Assembly: GCA_030637655.1 (NCBI GenBank)
Contig: DAOWGI010000049.1
Location: 1-15,464 of the forward strand
Reading direction: 5' to 3'
Length of the DNA stretch: 15,464 nt
DNA from: a candidate division FCPU426 bacterium
Lineage (GTDB): Bacteria; Oederibacteriota; JAAXVQ01; JAUVAV01
This document shows, piece after piece, positions 1-8,200 of this stretch. A program made the position numbers and the translations under genes. Under the pieces are notes generated by a model. That model searched no databases, had not been told where the DNA came from, and worked only from the letters and a program-made list of their open reading frames with translations. How positions within the stretch are numbered: the first letter of the stretch is position 1; the number at the start of each line of letters is the position of its first letter.

Positions 1-3000
1 CCAATAATATGTGCCCCTTGTCTCAATCTTCCATTTACTCTTAACCCTAGATTATATTCTTCTATCAAACGAAAACCATATGATTCCACTAATCGTTTCC
101 AGCCTTCTTCCCATGGATAGTACTGTCCTGTCCACGGCATATGGGGGTTTTTGGGATTAATTAACCAATCATTTGCAATAATAAACTCCCAGCGTTGGTC
201 CTCGGTTAAGTTGTAGAACCTTTGGGTAAATTCACTATCCATTTGAATCCCAACTCTGGCATTGCGTGCCGCCAATTCTTCAACCTCAACATTTTTATCA
301 AAACTTTCTTCCCATAAAATTAATAGGCCGCCATTTTTCAGTATCGCATGCTGAATAACCAACGCTCTTTTTATTGCATCCAAATCCGGAAAATGATGCC
401 ATGAAAACTGATTATTGGTTATATCAATTGATTCGTCTTCAATAGGAAAAGATGTAGCATCACTTTTAACTTCATAGTATTTACATCTGTCAGGATAATC
501 AAACTTGTCATGACGCGGAATTATATCTACTCCGATAAATTTTGATTCTGGAAACTTTTTCGCCAGATAGTTAATTCTGTCCAAGTCGTTCGCGCCAACA
601 TCGAGCAATATTTCTCCAGGTTTCAATGTAATCATATCTAAAATATTTTTTTCAGTTACTTCGTATCTTCTTAGCAGTTTTGCTTGCGTTAATATCGCCA
701 GGCCAAATTGTCTTAACTCATCTTCGGTTTTACTATTCTTATTCTCCCATATTTTTTTAACATATTTTTCGCCCATGTCTGGATCCACCCCTGCATGTTC
801 GAAGTTCGCCCTATAAAAATCAACTAAAAGATCTGTCACTGCTTGACTTTTCCAAATTCTAAAAGGATGATAACTTCCATTATAAAATCCATCAATTAAT
901 TGATTTAAATCAAGTGGCTTTAAAGAATCTACGGTCAACACCGCCCACCTAATCAGCACATTATGTGCCATATGCGCGCCCATAAACACCAGGGCGGCTG
1001 CCACCAGCCCCTGGAATATCATTGGCGCGTATATGCCGGCTAATCCATATAAAGCAGCTATAGGCATAATCCGCTGCGCTAATTTCCAATAATCAAGCTT
1101 ACCTTCAGACGTGCGGGCGTCAGGAGAAAATAACAACAGCATGGGATTAATGAGCCAATCCAATCTCAATCCAATTTTCTGATATATCTTTACTATCCGG
1201 TCCGATATTTTAGAAATTCCCGGCATTTTCTCTGAAAAATTCGTTTTGATCACAAGATAATTGATCCCGAAATACACGGTAACTAATAATACTGTTAGAT
1301 AAACGCCCAGTGTTGCTAATCCCGGCAACGCCAAATAAAATAATGTGCTGTGCATAGCCGTTAAGGTGAGAATCCGCGGTATCACCACATGCCATTTAAT
1401 TTTACCTTCTGCCGTGCGGTTGTCGTCATGAGCAAGAAAGAATCCAACCGGATTGATGATCCATTTCAGCCGGAATTCAAACCAAGGCGCGATGAATATC
1501 TCCACCACCCGTTTCGGGGTGTTGGGAAATCGGGCGTAGGTTTCACGGAGGGCAAGGGTGGCGCCTGCTGTTATAGGTATATCTTCTTGCAGTGATTTAA
1601 ATCTCTGTAACAACTCTGAAAATTGCTCATTCAATCCGGTCCAAACAGAAGTCTGTCTTTTATTGATCATCTCCACTACATCAGCCAGCTTCTTAGCATC
1701 AATAGAAGATAATAAAATGAAATCCTCTTGGCCAATAGTCATGTTAAGTATTGTATTTGTACTTAACGCCTTGCGAAACCGGCTTGTGAAGCGACTGTTA
1801 TCCACTCGGATTAAGAGGCGGCTGACATATTCACCTGCTTTGGTTTGCATTTTAACCCGCCAAATATCCCCTTTTACGAGTTGCGGTACTTTTGGTAATG
1901 ATTCTGGTTTGGCTTTGTTCGCAGTAACAAGTTTATTAGAATCGTCGTATACTTGAATACCTGCCAATACTTCCTGCGGCAGGCGGTTTGCGTTTTTCAT
2001 TATTTTAGCTTTTAGCTTACCCGGCAGGCTAAACATAACACATTTGGCATGCTGTGAAAAACCAGTCAGCACTGCCATAATGTTCTGGTTCTTGGCTAAA
2101 AGCTTTTCCAGCGGCGTTTCCCTGCCTTGCAATAATTCAAAATATGGATTAACCACACCCTGTTGGCTCACGCGCGGTTTGATGGAAATATGAGTCACAT
2201 TCCTGTTTTTCAATTCTGCCAATACCTTGTCTGTATGAAAACCGCCATTTACCATGACCGCCAGGTTTTCATCCAATTGATCCATTTTCCGCAAGAGGTT
2301 ATCCACAAAATGAAGGCTGCGCTCATCAGCTAAGCGGTAAAAATCTTCCACTTGCTTTAAATATTCATCCAGCGCATAAATATCACTATCAATATAATCC
2401 ATTTCATTGGGCGATTCGCCTGTGCCCGTATTTTGGGTACGAATCGCCCTTACAAAATTTATAAATACCTTGGTTGCATATTTTTGCCGATTGGTACGGA
2501 AATCCTGCAATTCTTCAGGTGTGACTGAGATATTGAGTAATCTTTCAATAGTATCCAACCGCGCATATAATTCATCAAATTCCTGCTGTATCCTGGTTGT
2601 ATACAGGCTTTGCCGAACATCTTTATCGATCTTATCCAGTTCCCGGAAAAACTGATCCTGATCTATGCCAACTGAAAAAAAAGATTGTTTAATACTAAGA
2701 AAGCGCGACACTTGAGGATAATTGCTTGCCTTCAGGTCCAAACGGCGGACCGCGCGCAGCAAATACGCGCTATACTTAAGCAGATCAATATCTCCCTGGC
2801 GCCAGGCCAGGCGCATTTTGTCGAATTTTAAGAGCATAGGATTATAAATTTCAGCTTTCAATTCATCCAGTCTATCGCGCAAATCATAACAATAACCCTG
2901 GCTCTCAGCGTTTAAAAAACCGCGCACAGCTTTCTGACTGGCTGTATAAAGCTCCGGTGTTTCTATGCCTTCCAGATGGACGGCGTTGCCGCTGAGAATG

Positions 3001-3467
3001 GTATAATGCTCCGCGCCGGTTATTTCACCCTGTTTGACAAAATAATCACTCACCTCCTCCCGCACCTGGCGGATCGGGAAAGCGCTGATCACAGAGGTAT
3101 CCACCGCGCCAAAAGCGCCTTCTTGAGCTATTAGTTTTAAATTATGCTTTTTGACAAGGTGTTCAATTATTCCGGCAATGTTCTTCTGCACTTCATAATT
3201 ACAATGCAGATCCTGAATAGAGACCACGGTTTTCCGGCTGCCCTGGAAGCCGTTATGAATAGCGCCTATTTTCTCCGGGATGGTCAATGTCTTGCCCAAG
3301 TGCTTGATTTGCAGAAAATGAGGCTGAGATATAGCGTAACTGCCCGCATCAAAGGCCCAGGTCAGGTAGGGTAAGACAAAGCTTATTGCCACTAAAATAA
3401 CACAGGTTTTCAACCAGATATGGAATTTTGAAGAGTGGAAAGAAGAAATTGGGTTAATCTTCGACAT
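1..3467 (-). CDS. Large modular secreted/membrane protein, 3'-truncated by the window edge (>=1155 aa): signal peptide, TraB/TIKI/EreA-like domain, repeated transmembrane module, class I SAM-dependent methyltransferase domain
   Basis: Manual translation gives an uninterrupted frame from ATG at 3467 (MSKINPISSFHSSKFHIWLKTCVILVAISFVLPYLTWA...) to the window edge (...RQGAHII). Motifs: IQDLHCNYEVQKNIA (IQDLH at 3204-3218), LIAQEGAFG, GEITGAE, ERSLHF...AVMVNGGFH (GGFH at 2235-2246), hydrophobic segments at about 933-1373, and methyltransferase motifs LLDVGA (591-608), FIGVDI, WHHFPD, LKNGGLLIL. Confidence 0.88.
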   Translation of the reverse strand, partial: MSKINPISSFHSSKFHIWLKTCVILVAISFVLPYLTWAFDAGSYAISQPHFLQIKHLGKTLTIPEKIGAIHNGFQGSRKTVVSIQDLHCNYEVQKNIAGIIEHLVKKHNLKLIAQEGAFGAVDTSVISAFPIRQVREEVSDYFVKQGEITGAEHYTILSGNAVHLEGIETPELYTASQKAVRGFLNAESQGYCYDLRDRLDELKAEIYNPMLLKFDKMRLAWRQGDIDLLKYSAYLLRAVRRLDLKASNYPQVSRFLSIKQSFFSVGIDQDQFFRELDKIDKDVRQSLYTTRIQQEFDELYARLDTIERLLNISVTPEELQDFRTNRQKYATKVFINFVRAIRTQNTGTGESPNEMDYIDSDIYALDEYLKQVEDFYRLADERSLHFVDNLLRKMDQLDENLAVMVNGGFHTDKVLAELKNRNVTHISIKPRVSQQGVVNPYFELLQGRETPLEKLLAKNQNIMAVLTGFSQHAKCVMFSLPGKLKAKIMKNANRLPQEVLAGIQVYDDSNKLVTANKAKPESLPKVPQLVKGDIWRVKMQTKAGEYVSRLLIRVDNSRFTSRFRKALSTNTILNMTIGQEDFILLSSIDAKKLADVVEMINKRQTSVWTGLNEQFSELLQRFKSLQEDIPITAGATLALRETYARFPNTPKRVVEIFIAPWFEFRLKWIINPVGFFLAHDDNRTAEGKIKWHVVIPRILTLTAMHSTLFYLALPGLATLGVYLTVLLVTVYFGINYLVIKTNFSEKMPGISKISDRIVKIYQKIGLRLDWLINPMLLLFSPDARTSEGKLDYWKLAQRIMPIAALYGLAGIYAPMIFQGLVAAALVFMGAHMAHNVLIRWAVLTVDSLKPLDLNQLIDGFYNGSYHPFRIWKSQAVTDLLVDFYRANFEHAGVDPDMGEKYVKKIWENKNSKTEDELRQFGLAILTQAKLLRRYEVTEKNILDMITLKPGEILLDVGANDLDRINYLAKKFPESKFIGVDIIPRHDKFDYPDRCKYYEVKSDATSFPIEDESIDITNNQFSWHHFPDLDAIKRALVIQHAILKNGGLLILWEESFDKNVEVEELAARNARVGIQMDSEFTQRFYNLTEDQRWEFIIANDWLINPKNPHMPWTGQYYPWEEGWKRLVESYGFRLIEEYNLGLRVNGRLRQGAHII

Positions 3468-3522
3468 CTTAATTCTCTCTTAAAAAATTATTTTGCAATT
3501 ACTGAGTTATACAAAAATTACG

Positions 3523-3751
3523 GTAATATGTTACCCGTTTGCCAATCAAATCTACTCGCTGAAAAAACCGTGAGGTATGGTTCTTTTTTCAAAAAAGCGA
3601 GGCTTCAGGAAATACTACGTACTAAATAATAAGCTCTAACCGGCTTTGCACTATGATTATACCTGGCAATTCTTGATTACTGTTTAGTGCCTTTAGCGTT
3701 TTGAAAAAAGAGCCATACCTCATGGCTCATACCGGATAGCTAATATGTTAC
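3523..3751. mobile_element. MITE-like element A (229 bp) with GTAA...TTAC ends and an 8-bp target-site duplication
   Basis: Left end GTAATATGTTA; right end TAATATGTTAC (reverse complement GTAACATATTA). AAATTACG flanks it exactly at 3515-3522 and 3752-3759. Internal 27-bp inverted repeat at 3568-3594 / 3699-3725. Confidence 0.75.
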
Positions 3752-3767
3752 AAATTACGTTATTTTA

Positions 3768-3795
3768 AATATATCATATGAAAGACAAAAAGCAA
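3768..3795 (-). promoter_or_regulatory. Putative sigma70 promoter for the large minus-strand gene
   Basis: On the minus strand: TTGCTT (3795-3790), 16 bp, TATATT (3773-3768), with an extended -10 TGn (TGA-TATATT). AT-rich context makes a chance match possible. Confidence 0.35.
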
Positions 3796-3928
3796 GGAAT
3801 GGGCAATATTAAAAGCATAAAATAATCATTTCTGTAGGCGTGTTGCGATTTGAAACATTTTTGTAGTTAAAAAACTACTTTGGAAGCCTCAGCTTAAGAA
3901 AACTCATCTCTACATCGTTTTTTGGAAA

Positions 3929-4543
3929 TCACCGCACTGGGATCCAATGCTCAATGTAGGGTTTTCCCTCGATTTCTACTTTCACCTCAAACCGCTGGCC
4001 TTCTGCCGGACGTAATCCGGCTTTAGCCAACTCTTTTCCTCCTGCCCGATAGGCCTTATTCCCGGTAAAATTACCTTTCCCGCGCACACGTACTACCAGC
4101 CGATTACCGGGCGTTATTTTCTCTAAACGTATTCCTGTTGGTAATCCTTTCACCTTAAGCGCCATAGGCAAGATATACCCTACTTGAGCATGGACCTCAA
4201 TCGGACGCATAAATAACGGGCTTTTCTGAAACACGGTAAAAGAAATGCCATTGCGAATACCAAGCTCTTCCAAAGCTGCCTTAACTTGATCCCTGGCCTT
4301 TTCCAATCCCAAAAGGTTTCCGCAGTAATCCCGTATAGCAACTGTCACTGGTTGGAGTTGCGCGGGAGCTATCACCTCAATCCCGGTAAAAGGACCTGAT
4401 ACCAAGAGATATATTGCCCCGCTTAAGAAAAACAATGACAATAAAGCCACGGCAATGAGCACAACTTGCGGTGGTCCGTCACCAGCTCGCTCAAACAGTT
4501 CATCATCTCTATGTTTTTCTTTTTCTTTCCAGATTTTATTCAC
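3929..4543 (-). CDS. Membrane-anchored GyrI-like small-molecule-binding domain protein (TEX264-like architecture)
   Basis: ORF track gives 3929..4564. GTG at 4543 is preferred because AAGAGGG lies 8 nt upstream. One TM helix (VVLIAVALLSLFFLSGAIYLLV) is followed by a GyrI-like pattern (VTVAIRDYCGNL...VFQKSP...AQVGYIL...LEKITPGNRLVVRVRG...AY...FEV). Confidence 0.72.
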   Translation of the reverse strand: MNKIWKEKEKHRDDELFERAGDGPPQVVLIAVALLSLFFLSGAIYLLVSGPFTGIEVIAPAQLQPVTVAIRDYCGNLLGLEKARDQVKAALEELGIRNGISFTVFQKSPLFMRPIEVHAQVGYILPMALKVKGLPTGIRLEKITPGNRLVVRVRGKGNFTGNKAYRAGGKELAKAGLRPAEGQRFEVKVEIEGKPYIEHWIPVR

Positions 4544-4670
4544 AGTCCATACCCTCTTATCCACAGTTTTTTTTACACTTTTTTCACATTTTATTTAAGA
4601 AATCCAAACATTGTTCCGAATCTATTCAGGTATGTTTCAATATTCACTATCCTATCGGAGGGAACGACAC

Positions 4671-4988
4671 ATGATTCAAACAGCAACATCACAACTTTCT
4701 CCAGAATTAATTCACCAATGGTGGCACACTTGCAGTTCTGCTGCCTGCACATTACCACAGGAACATACCCACGAATGGATTACTTTAATCAGCGAGGTTG
4801 TCCGTAATTACCGCCTCTTTGTACAGAGTACTAATTCCATTGACCAACGATACTATCGTAATCTGTGCAGAGAATCCATAGCCAAAACACGTTGGGAATT
4901 GACACTCATCTCTATGTACGGTTTTATTCCTCAGGAAGAGATCAAAGCTCTTGAAGAATTGCAAACCTCAATAGAACAATCCTTATAA
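4671..4988 (+). CDS. Small helical protein (105 aa), probable divergent four-helix-bundle (23S rRNA IVP / Avd-like fold) family member
   Basis: Strong RBS GGAGGGA before ATG 4671 (the track's start at 4611 is probably too long). The C-terminal half RYYRNLCRESIAKTRWELTLISMYGFIPQEEIKALEEL resembles the family pattern F..IARGS..E....L.......GY...EE...L. Confidence 0.65.
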   Translation: MIQTATSQLSPELIHQWWHTCSSAACTLPQEHTHEWITLISEVVRNYRLFVQSTNSIDQRYYRNLCRESIAKTRWELTLISMYGFIPQEEIKALEELQTSIEQSL

Positions 4989-4993
4989 AAATT

Positions 4994-5151
4994 TAACAGG
5001 TCAGTGAAAAAAAACGTAACAGGTCACTCAAGTGCTGTTAAACAAAGGTTGTCATTCCCGAGGGTTTAATCGGGAATCCGGTTTTTAAACCATATCCCCG
5101 ATACAAGCATGCGGGGATGACAAACTAAAAAACACTTCACTGACATATTAC
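4994..5151. mobile_element. MITE-like element B with REP-like palindromic cargo and a 9-bp flanking duplication
   Basis: ATAAAAATT at 4985-4993 and 5152-5160. Right end CACTTCACTGACATATTAC (5133-5151) is identical to 12569-12587. The left end is degenerate and doubled (TAACAGGTCAGTGAA at 4994; GTAACAGGTCACTCAAGTG at 5016). Internal GTCATTCCCGA...TCGGGAATCC and ATCCCCG...CGGGGATGAC hairpins. Confidence 0.75.
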
Positions 5152-5167
5152 ATAAAAATTCAATTCC

Positions 5168-5217
5168 TCACCACCTGCCCGAAAGACGGGCACCAGGATG
5201 CACAGAGTACGTGGTGA
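5168..5217. other. Branched stem-loop immediately after the alpha-2-macroglobulin stop (possible terminator or 3' stability element)
   Basis: TCACCAC (5168-5174) pairs with GTGGTGA (5211-5217) and encloses TGCCCG-aaaga-CGGGCA (5176-5192). No clear U-tract. Confidence 0.35.
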
Positions 5218-5220
5218 ATA

Positions 5221-8200
5221 TTACGGCTTTATTTCCAACTGCTCTCCTGAGGAGTACGCCCCGAATTCCGGCGCGTACATGCTCTGGATTACAGCCGGAT
5301 TGACTCGGAATTCTCCTTCATTGGCTGCCCGGATACGATACCGGAAGGTATACCTTCCCTGAGGTAGCCTGTCAAAGAAAAAATTCGTACTCGAATCCCT
5401 GATTTCCTCGTAATACCCCAACAGCTGCTCCCAGCAATATCCGCTCAAGTGCTCTTCCGGTTCAAAACCAGCGCCTCTGGGATCCCGCAAATGAATGAAC
5501 TCCATAGGAGTTTTGGCTGTGATATTCAATTCCACCTCAAGTTCATCGCCAATCCGGACCATAGTACCGTTATGAATAGGTACCAACTTTTGCTTCCGCC
5601 CTTGTGTGCGAACCAGATAATATTTTCTATGCACAGCCAAGACATCACCTGTTCCTGTTTCAGGAAGCTTTTCCGTGGAATACTGCCACAAGGCTGAAAT
5701 AAAGCTGTAGCCTTTTCCTGTCTTTTCCAAATAAATCTCGCCGGCTGGGGGAGAAATCTTATCTTTGGGCACAATAACCCGCTGCTTGCCGGCAAATTCT
5801 CCCGGTTGCCAGGAAACAGTTTTGGATATTGGCGGCACACTGACTTGGACCTGACCAGGCACCTCCTGACTACCAACACGGCTCATATAGGCAACCAAGG
5901 AGGCAATGCTCTCAGCAGTTGCCCGCGTGGATTTCCACTGATTTCCCTGCTTGTTGCGCAAGAGCCACAAGGCCATACCGTCTATACGCTTGTCATCCGG
6001 TTTGATTTCCAACATGGCGCGTAGAATGAAGGCCTGAGTCTCAATAGTATCATTGTACCACAGCCAGGCTTTTTGCTCTGGAGCCCAATAGGTTCCTTCA
6101 TTTTCTGTGGTCCGCGCAATATCCAAGAGGCTGTTCAATATTTTTTGAGCAGCTTCTGTTTTCTTGGATCGTTGTAAGGTAATAGCCAGCATGGCTCTGC
6201 CATAGGGAGAAAGTTTTGGCCACGCCTGCCAGGCTGCTTTGAACATGGCATCACGTTTGAAAATTTTTAGATGACTCTGATACTTCGGCCGGTTGTACTC
6301 ACTGAGCACATAATTCAAAAAAACGTTCAAATACACATTGGCTTCCAGAGAGCCGTTCTTTGGGCACCTTAAATATTCTTCATAATGTTCACTCAGATAC
6401 GCCATGGCTTTAGTAGGCATATTTCTATCCACTTCAACACCCGCACTCTCAGCGCGTGCCAGACCGGCCAAGACGTAGAGTGTCATGTAAAAACTGGAAG
6501 GTCCGCCCGCAAACCAGGAAAAACTACCATCTGATTTTTGCGCTTTTTTCAATTTGTGCAAGGACTGTTTTTTCTGTTTGGCGACCAACCGTGGATCCAA
6601 GGCATTAATATAAACGGGCCTCTCTTCACCACCCCTGGAAGCAACCAACCACGGGGTCTCTTCCAATGCCAGTTTCCGGTTCGGGTCCACTTCATCCCAG
6701 GTTTCCAAAGGGGTTGTGCGTTCTGAAAATTGTTTAGCCATTTTTGCCAGGGTCGGATATTCCTCGAAGGTTCCATGCAGTAAAGCCAGGCAGACAAAAC
6801 TATTCAAGGTTTGTTCCACGCATGCATACGGATACTGAAAAAGATACGGGAGTGCTTTGAGCACCGAATAGATCAATTGTCCTTCTACTGTAACTACCAA
6901 CGACTGATGAACAATACTCTTGTCTGCCGCGGATTTCTTCAGCTGCTCCAGGGTCAATTTCTTTTTCACAGTATCTTTTAAAACCGCAAACTTGGATTCC
7001 AACAAATGCATTCTGCCGGGCAACACCGGCAGGACCCGTTCTTCACCATCTGTTAAGTTTCCGCTTTTGGCTGCTACCTGCACTTTATACCAACCACTAC
7101 CAACCGGCGCTTGTAATTTAAAAGAAACAACCGCACTCTCTTTGGGCTTTGCTTCCCAGACCCGGGTGCTTTGTTCCAAGTGAAATTTTTCATTGACCAC
7201 TTCGCCTTGCTCATTTTCCAAACGCACAAAAGCCTCGCCGGCCAAGGCTTGATCACTGTGATTAGCAATAACGGTTTTAATAATAAGGGTATCCTGTTCC
7301 CGCACAAAACGCGGCAGATACGGGCGCACCATGAAATCTTTTTTAGTCTGAATAGTCTCGGTTATGTGCCCGGCTTCCATATTGCGGCCATGCGCGTAGA
7401 CCTTGAGGTTCCAGGCGGTTACTGAATCCGGTACCTCAAAACTGATTGAGGCTGCCCCTTCTTTATTCACCATGATATGCGGTTTGAAAAAAGCAGTCTC
7501 AACAAATTTCGTGCGCAGCGCCATTGAGAAATCCGGCGCAACAGCATCTCTACTACCGCTTTCCAAAGCTTGTTTAGCAGCCGGCGCACCAAGAGCCGGC
7601 TGCTCTTTGAATTCCGCCGGTGCTGCGGCTAGCAGTTTGGATCCACGCTTGGCTTTATTCCTGAATAGCCGGCTGCTTTTACCCAGAGACGGTGCGACTA
7701 AACCATCTCCCCCCAGCTGATAATTAAAAGGACGGAAACGAGGCTTGGTTGGTTGCGAAACCGAAGGCAAGGAGTGCCAAAGCATATACACAGAACGACC
7801 GCTTTGGAATTTATTTCCCCACCTTTTGGAGGTAGATTGGTTCTGATAAAACAAGGAACGAATATCCGGATAACTGTGTTTGACAAAATAATCCAAGGAT
7901 TGATCATACATGGTAGCCAACACTTCTGCTTTTAATGGTTTGTCCCCTTGGGAACTCACTTTCATGGTAATGGTTTCTTGCGTGCCGGGCGCCAACACTT
8001 TACGCAGATGCACAAATTCAATATTCAGATCTTTGTGATCCCAGGGAACTGTAATCTCCACACTTTGGGCATACAAGCGATATCCCCGCACACAGAATAA
8101 TTTGGCAGTGAAACCACCACGCAGTTTTTCTACGACCGGATAAGTAATTTGGTTGGCCGGCAAACCGGAAAACACATCGCGATGAAAGGTTTTTCCAGCT

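Noticed and set aside
1210-3374. Short ORFs in the track overlapping 1-3467
   Set aside because: Shadow or alternate frames of the long motif-bearing minus-strand gene.
3435-3629. 64-aa plus-strand ORF
   Set aside because: Overlaps the large gene's start and runs into MITE A; no recognisable protein features.
4536-4670. oriC call
   Set aside because: Few boxes, no evident unwinding element and no origin-associated genes; kept only as a low-interest finding.
4466-4807. 113-aa and 67-aa plus-strand ORFs
   Set aside because: They straddle two better-supported genes and the T-rich spacer.
4671-4988. Avd-like gene as evidence of a diversity-generating retroelement
   Set aside because: No reverse transcriptase or TR/VR pair is in the window, and the fold assignment is itself tentative.
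5168-5217. Ribozyme or riboswitch
   Set aside because: No conserved hammerhead core (CUGANGA) or known aptamer motif was recognised on either strand.
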